IMG/VR virus record: IMGVR_UViG_3300012211_000001 | Span: 1 to 52,326 of that record | Source of the DNA: a virus | Lineage: Duplodnaviria; Caudoviricetes | Length of the DNA stretch: 52,326 nucleotides | Reading direction: 5' to 3' (one strand) | Shown here: positions 10,462-19,289 of the stretch, piece by piece | Numbering within the stretch: position 1 is the stretch's first letter | Layout: every line of letters begins with the position of its first letter | Translations under genes and position numbers: made by a program | The notes under the pieces: model-generated | What the model saw: the letters and a program-made list of their open reading frames with translations, nothing else | What the model was told of the DNA's origin: nothing | The model's database searches: none

Positions 10462-10682
10462 ACACACGGCGTCATGTGGCGCATGTGATTCGTCAGGCGG
10501 GAGGCGTCGATGCCTTGCCCATAATGGATGGGCCTCGCCTTGACCGTTGGAATCCCAGCAAACTGGCGGATGCGCTCGATCACGAAATCGCCCGTTGTGC
10601 AGCGGAGGGCTGGCCGAAGATTTCCTTGCACTTGGATGTGCCGGATGCGATGAAACTCGTTCGCTGTCTCCGGAGGCTCTAA
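10458..10682 (+). CDS. Hypothetical protein
   Basis: ATGA overlap with upstream gene; fills the operon. Confidence 0.5.
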   Translation: MNTRRHVAHVIRQAGGVDALPIMDGPRLDRWNPSKLADALDHEIARCAAEGWPKISLHLDVPDAMKLVRCLRRL

Positions 10683-11351
10683 ATGGCTATACAGATCCAA
10701 GGAAACGGCGGTACGGTTGCAGAAGTGGGAGGCAGCGTCTTCCGTGCAGTCCATGTGCACGTCAAACCATTGGAATGGGGTACGCTGGGACATTATCGCG
10801 CGAATCACCGATGCGCACTAGCGAATACGCAAGCCGCGAATTCGCGACTGTTCGAGGGACGGAATACGCATGCGACCAATCTGATTGTGCCGACGCGATT
10901 TCTCATCAAATGGCTGCAGACAGGTGTCCATACCGCCGCCATTGAAGATAGCATTGATGTGTTTCGCTGTACGGCATTCTCTGCAGTTGATACGACCAAT
11001 ACGGTGACACCTACCGCATCAGTAAAGCGCACCTCCATGGCTGTTAGCCCAGGGGCATTGGCCCTTCGTGGTGTAACCATCGCAGGAGCCGCCGCCGGGA
11101 TGACGGGCGGAACGCTCACCAAAGATGGCGGTTCCGTGAGCCAAACGCCGCTATGGTTGACGCTAGCGTTTACCGATCCTGCCCAACGCAATATCGTAGT
11201 GACCGATGTTTTTGATGACGTGAATGGAACCCATCCCTTTGTGTGGGTGCAGAATGAAGGTTTCGAGGCAGAGAATCGTGTTCTACTGGGGGCTGCTGCA
11301 GCGTCCTCAATCTACTTCGATTTATCTTGGGCGGAAGTGACGGCTTTCTGA
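10683..11351 (+). CDS. Hypothetical virion protein
   Basis: 222 aa, beta-rich, ends LSWAEVTAF. Confidence 0.6.
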   Translation: MAIQIQGNGGTVAEVGGSVFRAVHVHVKPLEWGTLGHYRANHRCALANTQAANSRLFEGRNTHATNLIVPTRFLIKWLQTGVHTAAIEDSIDVFRCTAFSAVDTTNTVTPTASVKRTSMAVSPGALALRGVTIAGAAAGMTGGTLTKDGGSVSQTPLWLTLAFTDPAQRNIVVTDVFDDVNGTHPFVWVQNEGFEAENRVLLGAAAASSIYFDLSWAEVTAF

Positions 11352-11352
11352 A

Positions 11353-11631
11353 GTGGCCACCGCAGTGGTTCATGCCTTGCGCCCAGCGGGGAGTCCGCTA
11401 TTCCCCGGTCAATTGGCTTATGTGGCGAGTTGCGTATTCTGGGGGCCCGATGTTGATGTGACGATCCGCGGCCAAGTCTATGATGTGCTGATCCAATTGA
11501 CGGACGGGTATACGCTCGGTGATTTGAAATCCGCTCTCAGTCAAGCGGTCGGGGATCAAGCGACGGTCTTAGGGCTTGCGGTGCTGGCAACGGATATTGA
11601 TCTTCCCAGTTTCGAGCATGGACCGCCATGA
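11353..11631 (+). CDS. Hypothetical protein
   Basis: Operon packing. Confidence 0.5.
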   Translation: MATAVVHALRPAGSPLFPGQLAYVASCVFWGPDVDVTIRGQVYDVLIQLTDGYTLGDLKSALSQAVGDQATVLGLAVLATDIDLPSFEHGPP

Positions 11632-11843
11632 TCGGTGGACGCGGACAACTCACCCTAGTCAATGGGCAAGCGACCGTGAATCTCCCCCGGATTCCCGCAG
11701 GGGCGGTCGTCGTACTCGCGCCCCAGAATCTCCTCGGCACCATTGGGACCTTAAAGTATGCCATCACGCCTAAGTCTGGTTTTACGGTTACGAGCGTGAG
11801 TCTGTTGGATCAAAGCGTGGTGGGTTGGGTCGTGCTGATATGA
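11628..11843 (+). CDS. Small virion protein (fibre C-terminal-like)
   Basis: GQLTLVNGQATV...GFTVTS...VGWVVL. Confidence 0.55.
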   Translation: MIGGRGQLTLVNGQATVNLPRIPAGAVVVLAPQNLLGTIGTLKYAITPKSGFTVTSVSLLDQSVVGWVVLI

Positions 11844-12586
11844 GTCTCCTCCTCGTTTATCAAGTCTCAGATAGCGAAATCTTTGTTGTTAGTGATGTAG
11901 CAATCATCGGTTTTGTCGTCACGGATCAAGCTGCTGTCGTGGCATTGGTCGTCGGCGTTGATGCTGGCGGCCTCGGCGAAGTGGGTAGTCTCAATGTTCC
12001 CGTGGCTGTACGTGAGACCATCACATTCGATGAAAGTGCAGTCGCCAACCAGCAAGGTGGTGGCTTTGCCATCTCGGATACGGATGGTGAAGCGCTAGCA
12101 GAAAGCATCACCATTCTCGTCCCCGTCAGTTTCACTGATGCCGAAGTACTGGGCGAAGTGATTGCTGGGATCTTACCCTTAGTCGCAGTTGATGTTGGCG
12201 GAATGGCCGAGCAGCCGAATCCCAATGGTAGTATAGCAGTGGGGGATGCCGTTGCGATCGATGAAAGCGCCCAAGCGCAACAGACTGCTTTTGGCGCCAT
12301 CACCGACGTTGACGCGTTCACTGTGGATGAAGTGGTCATCGAGCCTGTGCCGCCCATCGGTGGTGCTCCGCCAATCTTTGGTGGTGGGTTGGGACGCAAG
12401 CGGTCCATGGAGAAGCCCCCGCGCTGGTTGCAGCGTCGGCCCATCGGGCGGGACTGGTTCACGGTCAATGAATCTGCGGTGGCCGAGCTGCAAGAACCGT
12501 TTACCCAAGAATTCCGGGTTCCATGGGAACCAGATCAGGAGGAAGAGGAGACCATGATCCTGATGGCATTATTGGCCGATGCGTAG
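11840..12586 (+). CDS. Acidic repeat protein, putative fibre
   Basis: Periodic D/E-x-hydrophobic repeats; ATGA overlap. Confidence 0.55.
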   Translation: MSLLLVYQVSDSEIFVVSDVAIIGFVVTDQAAVVALVVGVDAGGLGEVGSLNVPVAVRETITFDESAVANQQGGGFAISDTDGEALAESITILVPVSFTDAEVLGEVIAGILPLVAVDVGGMAEQPNPNGSIAVGDAVAIDESAQAQQTAFGAITDVDAFTVDEVVIEPVPPIGGAPPIFGGGLGRKRSMEKPPRWLQRRPIGRDWFTVNESAVAELQEPFTQEFRVPWEPDQEEEETMILMALLADA

Positions 12587-12908
12587 TCTGATCGTCGGTC
12601 TGGTGCTACTCACTGGAGTGCAGACGGCTTCCGCACAAGGTATAGGGATCTTTCTGCATCACGATCGCTTGGCAGAATACGGCGCGGGGTTCGGACTCAA
12701 TGTCCTCTCGCGCGGTCCCTGGATTGCAAAGGATTTTCGTAAACCCGTGATCCGTTTGGTTGGGGTGCAGATCACGAGTTACGCCTATGAGCGCTTGTTC
12801 GACTACAACGGGTTCTCCTGGAATGACTATCGGCAGCGGCTCTACGGGTATCTCGTCACTGAGACGGTCATCGAGGGCGGTCGATGGATATGGCACCAGA
12901 TCCGATGA
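12579..12908 (+). CDS. Secreted/membrane hypothetical protein
   Basis: Signal peptide MRSLIVGLVLLTGVQTASA|Q. Confidence 0.55.
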   Translation: MRSLIVGLVLLTGVQTASAQGIGIFLHHDRLAEYGAGFGLNVLSRGPWIAKDFRKPVIRLVGVQITSYAYERLFDYNGFSWNDYRQRLYGYLVTETVIEGGRWIWHQIR

Positions 12909-14593
12909 CCATTACGATTGCGAAGTCTTTCGTTGATGATCTGCTGGCCTTGGCGGATCAGCTCGCCCCCAAACTGCGACGTGCGTTCCTTGACGCGATT
13001 GCCGCACTCCGTGATGAACTCACCCCGACCACGATCGCGGACCTCTTGCAGGGGGCCCATCCGACGGCGATCGAATTGTGGCAGCGGCTCCAAGAATTAT
13101 TGACGCCACCGATGCAGGATGCCATCCTTGCAGGTGTCGTGGAGGTGGGCGGATTGACGGGCGAGCAGTTCCCGCCCAGTGTGCAAATCCAGTTCGCGTT
13201 CGACCGCACCAATCCTTTCGCGCTCGATGCCGTGGATACGATCGTGGCCGATGCAGTGCGCGATATCGCCAATGCGAGTCAAGATGCGATTCGGCTGATC
13301 CTGCGTCAGGGCTTCACGGATGGATTGACACCCGATCAGATGGGCCGCCGACTCCGTGCGAACATTGGCCTGACGGATCGCTATGCTCAAGCCGTAGAGA
13401 ACTATCGGCAATCCCTGCTGGATCAGGATACCTCCGTAGGGCGTGCCGACGCATTGGCTGATGCCTACGCGCGCCGGCTCCTGAATATTCGCGCGAGCGC
13501 GATTGCGCGGACGGAATCCATTCGTGCGATGAGTGCCGGGCAGGACGCCTTGTGGGCCAGTGCGGTGGAGCAGAAACTCTTAGACCCTCAGCGCACCCGT
13601 CGTGATTGGATTGTGACGGAGGATGATCGGCTGTGTCCGATCTGCGAAGCGATCCCAGACCAGAATCCTGATGGCGTCGCCCTTGGGGAGCCGTTTCAGT
13701 CTGATGTTGGGCCATTGCAGTATCCGCCAGCACATCCCCTATGCTTTCCGGGAGATACGCTCGTAGCGTCCCGTTATGGGATTGCGGCCCAGAGTAAACG
13801 ATGGTATCAGGGACAACTTGTCATCATCCGCACGGCAGGAGGTAAGCAGCTTTCCACTACCCCCAATCATCCAATACTCACGAGTTGCGGTTGGATGGCG
13901 GCGAGCACGCTTGATGAATCCTGCGATGTCATCTGCGACCTGTTCGCGCAGCGGGTGAGTACGATTGATGACAATGATGGTCTGATGCCAACCAGCATCG
14001 AAGAAGTAGCGGACACGCTGTGGCAGGCGTCGCAGATGCGAACCGTTGAAATGCCAATTGCCGCCGAAGATTTCCACGGCGACGGGAAAGGCTCCCAAAT
14101 CGCAATTGTAAGGGCCCACAGCTTGTTGGGGGATAGTGCCGATTCCCTGCGCTTTGAGCCATCCTCCGACTTCGATTTCATACCAGGTTTGTTGACCGAG
14201 GCGTTGGATTTCCAAGGCTCTGATACACAACGATTCCAGTGTGCGCCGACTACCACGGGTTGCACTATGGGCGGCGACGGTTTGCCTGCATCGTTGATCT
14301 GTAGTCATATGCGACCACTTGAGCCGCTCGGCATCACTTTGGGATCGCATGGTAATGCCGTGCTCCCGCAGGATACGGTCAATGACATTTCGGCTGACCT
14401 GCTCTCGTATGGCGAGTTGGTTGGTCGATATCCCAGCGAGATAATCTTGGACAAGATCATCCGAGTTGAGCGTCGTGATTTTTCGGGTCATGTCTACAAC
14501 CTCCAGACAGGTGGCGGATGGTACATCGCTGAAGGTATTATAGCACACAATTGTCGCTGTGCGGTTACCCTTTCCTTCAAGGAATCCTCGTGA
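12905..14593 (+). CDS. Head morphogenesis protein (MuF/SPP1 gp7) containing an intein
   Basis: RASAIARTES, W...DDRLCPIC, PPAHPL|intein|CRC. Confidence 0.92.
   Translation: MTITIAKSFVDDLLALADQLAPKLRRAFLDAIAALRDELTPTTIADLLQGAHPTAIELWQRLQELLTPPMQDAILAGVVEVGGLTGEQFPPSVQIQFAFDRTNPFALDAVDTIVADAVRDIANASQDAIRLILRQGFTDGLTPDQMGRRLRANIGLTDRYAQAVENYRQSLLDQDTSVGRADALADAYARRLLNIRASAIARTESIRAMSAGQDALWASAVEQKLLDPQRTRRDWIVTEDDRLCPICEAIPDQNPDGVALGEPFQSDVGPLQYPPAHPLCFPGDTLVASRYGIAAQSKRWYQGQLVIIRTAGGKQLSTTPNHPILTSCGWMAASTLDESCDVICDLFAQRVSTIDDNDGLMPTSIEEVADTLWQASQMRTVEMPIAAEDFHGDGKGSQIAIVRAHSLLGDSADSLRFEPSSDFDFIPGLLTEALDFQGSDTQRFQCAPTTTGCTMGGDGLPASLICSHMRPLEPLGITLGSHGNAVLPQDTVNDISADLLSYGELVGRYPSEIILDKIIRVERRDFSGHVYNLQTGGGWYIAEGIIAHNCRCAVTLSFKESS
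13739..14491 (-). CDS. Antisense-encoded Vsr/DUF559-like PD-(D/E)XK endonuclease with N-terminal HTH, nested in the intein
   Basis: 250-aa ORF with E..V..WL...GI....QQAVGPYNCD....VAVEIFGGNWH motif; GGAGG RBS 8 nt before ATG. Confidence 0.8.
   Translation of the reverse strand: MTRKITTLNSDDLVQDYLAGISTNQLAIREQVSRNVIDRILREHGITMRSQSDAERLKWSHMTTDQRCRQTVAAHSATRGSRRTLESLCIRALEIQRLGQQTWYEIEVGGWLKAQGIGTIPQQAVGPYNCDLGAFPVAVEIFGGNWHFNGSHLRRLPQRVRYFFDAGWHQTIIVINRTHPLREQVADDIAGFIKRARRHPTATREYWMIGGSGKLLTSCRADDDKLSLIPSFTLGRNPITGRYERISRKA
13742..14551 (+). mobile_element. Intein (Hint), 270 aa
   Basis: Cys1 CFPGDTLV, block B TPNHP, block F VYNLQT, terminal HN followed by Cys+1; splits the MuF HPxCRC motif. 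Confidence 0.92.
14537..14545 (-). promoter_or_regulatory. Extended -10 promoter (TGcTATAAT) for the antisense endonuclease
   Basis: Perfect TGnTATAAT on the minus strand, ~45 nt upstream of ATG 14491. Confidence 0.7.
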
Positions 14594-15240
14594 ATCTCGC
14601 CATCGTCGGTGGGCGGTTGAGCCAGTCCAAGGACAAGGTTCCCTATCATAAACCGGGTTGGGAACTGTGGTCGATGAATGCGATGTACGGTAGCAAATAC
14701 AACGTGCTTCAGGAGCAGGATAGCAAGAAAGGTTTTTCGTTCCATCGCTGGTTTGAACTCCACCGACGGGCGTGGCTCCTCAAACATTATGGGCAGCGCG
14801 GATTCAAGGAACACGTCCGCGCGTTGGACCTCATGGGTATCCCCGTCTATGTGTGGGGAGAGCCTTGGCCGGAAATCAGCCGGAGCATTGAATATCCCAA
14901 GGAGCATGTCGAGGCCATGGTGTCCCACGGCCGCTATCATGCGGGAAGTTTTGACTGGATGCTGGCCTGTGCACTCACACTCTCGTCGGCCTTTGAGGAA
15001 ATCCATTTCTACGGTGCGGATATGGGATTATTCGATGGCGAGCCCTTGAGTGGACGCCCGGCCCTGGAATACTGGTGCGGCGTGGCTGAAGGTCGCGGCA
15101 TCCCGATCATCGCGCATGGCGGGTCACTCTTTAAGGTCTTACAGGTGGTGCAGAGCGAGCGACAATATGGCGCTGAGGATGTGGATAACATCTTGAGTGT
15201 CGCACCGAAGAAAGCCAAGGTGGTCGGAGTGCGACTGTGA
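14590..15240 (+). CDS. CstII(GT42)/Maf-like putative nonulosonate transferase 1
   Basis: NLAIVGG...WSMN N-terminus; SFDWMLACAL..AFEEIHFYGADM resembles CstII SGVYMCAVAIALGYKEIYLSGID; adjacent to neuA-like gene. Confidence 0.55.
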   Translation: MNLAIVGGRLSQSKDKVPYHKPGWELWSMNAMYGSKYNVLQEQDSKKGFSFHRWFELHRRAWLLKHYGQRGFKEHVRALDLMGIPVYVWGEPWPEISRSIEYPKEHVEAMVSHGRYHAGSFDWMLACALTLSSAFEEIHFYGADMGLFDGEPLSGRPALEYWCGVAEGRGIPIIAHGGSLFKVLQVVQSERQYGAEDVDNILSVAPKKAKVVGVRL

Positions 15241-16283
15241 GTGGTACACTGCTCGTCATTCCCGCTCGGGGCGGGTCAGTCGGGATTCCGCGCAAAGCGA
15301 TCCGTCCGCTCAACGGGAAATCTCCCCTGCAATACACACTCACGACTGCTCAGGGGTTAGGGGATGTCGTGGTCGTGACCGATGATCTGGAGATTGCAGG
15401 GCAAGCCTACGCGCTGGGAGCCGTGGTCATCCCAGAACCGCAACTTCCCACAGCGCCGGGCGTGCATACCTGGGAACCCGTGGTCTATCGCACCGTGCTC
15501 GAAGCCGAACAGGGTCGTGAACCCTATGCGATCGTGGGTGTCTTGCAATGTACCTCACCGTTTCTTCGCCGCACGACGATCCAACGGTGTTTGGATGCAC
15601 TTGCAGGGCACCCCATCGCCTTGACGGTAAAGGATGATCGTCATGCGAGAATCGGGACGCCGCGGAAACCTCGGGAACAAATGGCTCCATGCTGGAAAGT
15701 GACGGGCGGCTGTACAGCCATCCGGCGTGAGTTTCTGGTGGACGGCGCGTGGCCTGTGGAGCGCGGGTTACCGATTATCGTCGAGGGAGCGGAAGGTGTG
15801 GACCTGGACACGCCTGAGGACTGGGCGATCGCGGAGATGTACGCCGGCGCGACGGAACGCGAGTTCTTGCTCGCCCGTGTGCTGGTGCCCGACGAGTCTC
15901 GGGGGACTGCGGTCATTCTCTCGGGGTGGGATGAACCGCCGATGGATCAGCGTCTCCGGTTCGCGATGACTCCGAGTGATGCCATCTCTTTGCACGGTGA
16001 GAACACACGCGACGAAGCGGAACGCGCCCTTGCCCTCCGCTCTGGGAATGACATGACGATCATTACGTCCGCGTATCATCAACCACGCGCATTCCTGACG
16101 ATGCTCAAGGTCTTAATCGATCACGGGCTCTCTCGGACGGTGCGAATCTGGAATCGCCCCGCGCCGAGTCCGATGACGCGACTCGCGGATGAGTGGCATA
16201 AGATTTTAGAATATCAGGCCAAGGGTGATGTCGCGACAGCAGAGCAAGGGCTGCTATATCTTGACTGGCGGGACTCAGTGTGA
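15237..16283 (+). CDS. neuA: CMP-nonulosonate synthetase (NeuA-like) fused to a DUF218-like domain
   Basis: VIPARGGSVGIPRK, LQCTSPF, DLDTPEDW; C-terminal ENTRDEA...ITSAYHQPRA. Confidence 0.85.
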   Translation: MSGTLLVIPARGGSVGIPRKAIRPLNGKSPLQYTLTTAQGLGDVVVVTDDLEIAGQAYALGAVVIPEPQLPTAPGVHTWEPVVYRTVLEAEQGREPYAIVGVLQCTSPFLRRTTIQRCLDALAGHPIALTVKDDRHARIGTPRKPREQMAPCWKVTGGCTAIRREFLVDGAWPVERGLPIIVEGAEGVDLDTPEDWAIAEMYAGATEREFLLARVLVPDESRGTAVILSGWDEPPMDQRLRFAMTPSDAISLHGENTRDEAERALALRSGNDMTIITSAYHQPRAFLTMLKVLIDHGLSRTVRIWNRPAPSPMTRLADEWHKILEYQAKGDVATAEQGLLYLDWRDSV

Positions 16284-16444
16284 ATTTGCGCACCATCCGA
16301 GGATTTGGTGAAGATTGGCTGCGCGCCAGTTACATTTCATGGCTTGTGGGAGCCTATGCATGGTGGGCTCCTTGGTGGTTGCGATTGGTGTTTATCGGTC
16401 TAATCGCTGGAATGATTGCCCTCGCAGCCCATAGCTACATGTGA
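16280..16444 (+). CDS. Small membrane protein (54 aa, not in ORF track)
   Basis: GTGA overlaps at both ends; Trp-rich hydrophobic segment. Confidence 0.5.
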   Translation: MNLRTIRGFGEDWLRASYISWLVGAYAWWAPWWLRLVFIGLIAGMIALAAHSYM

Positions 16445-17382
16445 GATATCTTGTCCTGGGGGGGGGCGGTTTTATCGGCACGCATCTCGCTCGCTATCTC
16501 TTAGCCCATGATCATCACGTCACGACCATTGATCCGCGGCGCTGCGATCTCCGTGGCGTCTTGCATATCTACGGCTCCGCTGCTGATCCCACACTGATGC
16601 AACGTACCATCCCTCGGCACGATGGAGTCTTTCATCTCGCCGCCGTGGTGGGATTCGCCAAGGTGATGCCCAATCTGCTGGGCACCGTGACAGGGACCTT
16701 GAGCAGTGCGGAGACGGTCTTCCAGATTGCCGGCCAGACGAAAACACGCACGCTGTTTACTTCGACGAGCGCCGTCTATGGCCGGGGCAACGGGTCGCCT
16801 GCACGGGAAACGGACGATAGCTTCGTCGGGCCTTCCCCGGTCCAGTCATGGAGTTATGCCTACGCTAAAGCCGCCGCCGAGTGCTTGGCGTTTGCCTATA
16901 TCCGGGAAGCGCAAGCGCCGTTCATCGTCACACGGGTGTTCAATACCGTGGGGCCAGGGCAACGCCCAGAAGCGGGATTCGTGCTTCCCCGGTTCTGTCG
17001 TCAAGCGTCGAGCGGGGAGCCGCTGACAGTATATGCCCCTGGAACGCAACGTCGGACGTTTGGGCATGTGGCCGATGTGGTGCGGGGATTAACCGATCTC
17101 ATGGAATGCGATTCAGCCGTCGGAGAACTGGTGAACATCGGAGGGGTGGCGAATCACAGCATGCGTGAGTTAGCGGAGATTGTGAAGTTCCGCGCCCGGT
17201 CCAGCTCGCCTATCGAGACGATACCACCGCCTTATGAACACGGATATGATGATATCGAAAGCCGCGCCCCGGATCTGACGAAAATCGGCAAACTGATCGG
17301 GTATGTTCCCCAATATCCGATAGATGCGATGGTGGATGAAGTCCTAGCGGAATACCATAGCCGAAAGCTGGTACTCATCTGA
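16441..17382 (+). CDS. NAD-dependent nucleotide-sugar epimerase/dehydratase
   Basis: GGGGFIG, STSAVYG, YAYAK (YxxxK). Confidence 0.92.
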   Translation: MRYLVLGGGGFIGTHLARYLLAHDHHVTTIDPRRCDLRGVLHIYGSAADPTLMQRTIPRHDGVFHLAAVVGFAKVMPNLLGTVTGTLSSAETVFQIAGQTKTRTLFTSTSAVYGRGNGSPARETDDSFVGPSPVQSWSYAYAKAAAECLAFAYIREAQAPFIVTRVFNTVGPGQRPEAGFVLPRFCRQASSGEPLTVYAPGTQRRTFGHVADVVRGLTDLMECDSAVGELVNIGGVANHSMRELAEIVKFRARSSSPIETIPPPYEHGYDDIESRAPDLTKIGKLIGYVPQYPIDAMVDEVLAEYHSRKLVLI

Positions 17383-17411
17383 CCTTCTCCATTGCGGGGC
17401 GCTTCATCGGC

Positions 17412-18278
17412 ATGGAGCATTCGGCCTATCTTATTGCAGAGATCGGCGGGAACCATGGCGGTGATCCCAATAAGGCCGACGACTTAATTCGTGCGGCGGC
17501 AATGGCTGGAGCAGATGCCATTAAGATGCAGGCATATCGACCCGAATATCTGGTGACGGGAGATGCCCCTGCTTACTGGGGAGCCTCCGGGACGCAGCGG
17601 CAGTATTTCGAGACAACGGCGAGTTTCCCGTTAGCGGTATGGAAACATCTGGCGGCACAGGCTTCTGCTTATCGCATTGCATTCCTCCTGTCGGCGTTTG
17701 ATGAAGAATTGGTGGATGAACTTGATCCACTTGTCGCAGCTTGGAAGGTTGCGTCAGGAGACATCACCCATCAGTCCCTGATCCGTCGGATTGCAAGTAA
17801 GGGCAAGCCAGTTTTGTTGAGTACAGGTGCATCCACGATTCCGGAGATTTATCAGGCGCTTGAATGGCTAGGGGAATTACCCGTCTGTATTATGCATTGC
17901 TGTTTGTCCTATCCGGCATATGCAAACGATGCCAACCTCAGATGTATCCTCACGCTCCGGAAAACCTTCACTCGCGAGATTGGCTGGAGCGATCATATTC
18001 TGGGGAATCCCGACGTGCTCCGTACCGCATATGCGCTGGGCGCTAATGCCCTCGAAAAACATTTTACGATTCACACGGATGCAGATGGGCCAGATCACAC
18101 CCATTCATGGACTCCCTTATCGCTACGGGCGGACCGAGAAGCCGTGGACCATTTACGGGACTATTTGGGTACGGGAGAGAAGATCGTCCAGCAATGCGAG
18201 AGTGCTGCCCGCCGATACGCACGCCGTTCCATGCATAGGATCGACGGGCAACCACGGATGTTACGTCCTAACTATTGA
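17412..18278 (+). CDS. neuB: N-acetylneuraminate synthase family (NeuB/PseI-like), no SAF domain
   Basis: IAEIGGNHGG, GADAIKMQ, KVASGD, LSTGAS, GWSDH, EKHFT. Confidence 0.92.
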   Translation: MEHSAYLIAEIGGNHGGDPNKADDLIRAAAMAGADAIKMQAYRPEYLVTGDAPAYWGASGTQRQYFETTASFPLAVWKHLAAQASAYRIAFLLSAFDEELVDELDPLVAAWKVASGDITHQSLIRRIASKGKPVLLSTGASTIPEIYQALEWLGELPVCIMHCCLSYPAYANDANLRCILTLRKTFTREIGWSDHILGNPDVLRTAYALGANALEKHFTIHTDADGPDHTHSWTPLSLRADREAVDHLRDYLGTGEKIVQQCESAARRYARRSMHRIDGQPRMLRPNY

Positions 18279-18294
18279 ATCGGATGGGGCACCT

Positions 18295-18699
18295 ATGAGT
18301 GAACGACCAATAAATTGGGCTGGGATCAATGCCCATTTGGAGCGAGTGTTGGGTTGTCCCAGCGGACTCCGTGGCCTCGGACCTCGGCGTCGTCTCCCAG
18401 GTGGGGGGCGTAGTTTACCTCTTCAACTACCCCCTGATCCAGATTATCCAGTAAAGCAACTCCGACGTAACTTGACATTGAAGCAGAGGCAGTACTTGGG
18501 AGTTGGCCGGAAACTGGAAGAAGTAGTTAAACGTGCTCTACGCCAACGCGATCATGTGCGTGAGACATACCGGATATTCAAACAGGTAGAGCCACGGTTT
18601 ACCTGTCCCGATGTGCTTGACGAATTGGAAAGTTCATTATTAACTTCGTGGCGACTTATTCAGGAGGCACGAGCGATTGACGGTTTGTTGAAGGATTGA
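18295..18699 (+). CDS. Hypothetical protein
   Basis: 134-aa basic ORF between neuB and HNH. Confidence 0.45.
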   Translation: MSERPINWAGINAHLERVLGCPSGLRGLGPRRRLPGGGRSLPLQLPPDPDYPVKQLRRNLTLKQRQYLGVGRKLEEVVKRALRQRDHVRETYRIFKQVEPRFTCPDVLDELESSLLTSWRLIQEARAIDGLLKD

Positions 18700-18810
18700 T
18701 TTCCCGCCGAAGAGTGCCGCAGGCACCACGGCTTCACATCACTTGGCCACCGAAGCGCTGGCATCGCCACCACGGAAGGCCGCTTGTTCCTTATAGGAAA
18801 GGCGGTTTTT

Positions 18811-19125
18811 ATGTTTTGGCGTCCCGAAGATCACTGCGCGCATTGCGGTAGTACCTACCATGGCAGTTTCTATCACGAATACATCATCAACCGCAGCGAA
18901 GCGTGGCAGCGCAAATGCCAACGTGCATACCAGCGCTACGGACATATGTGCCAAGCGTGTCGGATTCGCGCGGCGGTACAAGTCCACCACATGACGTATA
19001 GGCGCCTGGGAAGGGAGAAATTGAGTGATCTGCGCGTCCTTTGCGATCAGTGCCATCGCTGTCTACATCGGAAAATGGAGGAACAGGGCGGTTGGGGATT
19101 GGATCAGCGGAGACTCGCTATATAG
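18811..19125 (+). CDS. HNH endonuclease
   Basis: CQAC...VHHMTY..LG.E...DL.VLCDQCH. Confidence 0.85.
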   Translation: MFWRPEDHCAHCGSTYHGSFYHEYIINRSEAWQRKCQRAYQRYGHMCQACRIRAAVQVHHMTYRRLGREKLSDLRVLCDQCHRCLHRKMEEQGGWGLDQRRLAI

Positions 19126-19239
19126 GGAGGTGATGCCAAATGAAGCCCGACGTGGGCTACACGTAGGTCGTGGGGACTTGCGCATTTTGCAAGAATCCCC
19201 ATGTTACTAGCCTAGAGAGACCAAAAATCGTGGGACCTG

Positions 19240-19272
19240 AAGGGCTCGCTCCTCGTTGGGGCGGGCCCTTTT
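19240..19272 (+). terminator. Hairpin with U-tract before the protease RBS
   Basis: AAGGGCTCGC...GCGGGCCCTTTT. Confidence 0.5.
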
Positions 19273-19289
19273 GTCACTGAGGAGGTTGT

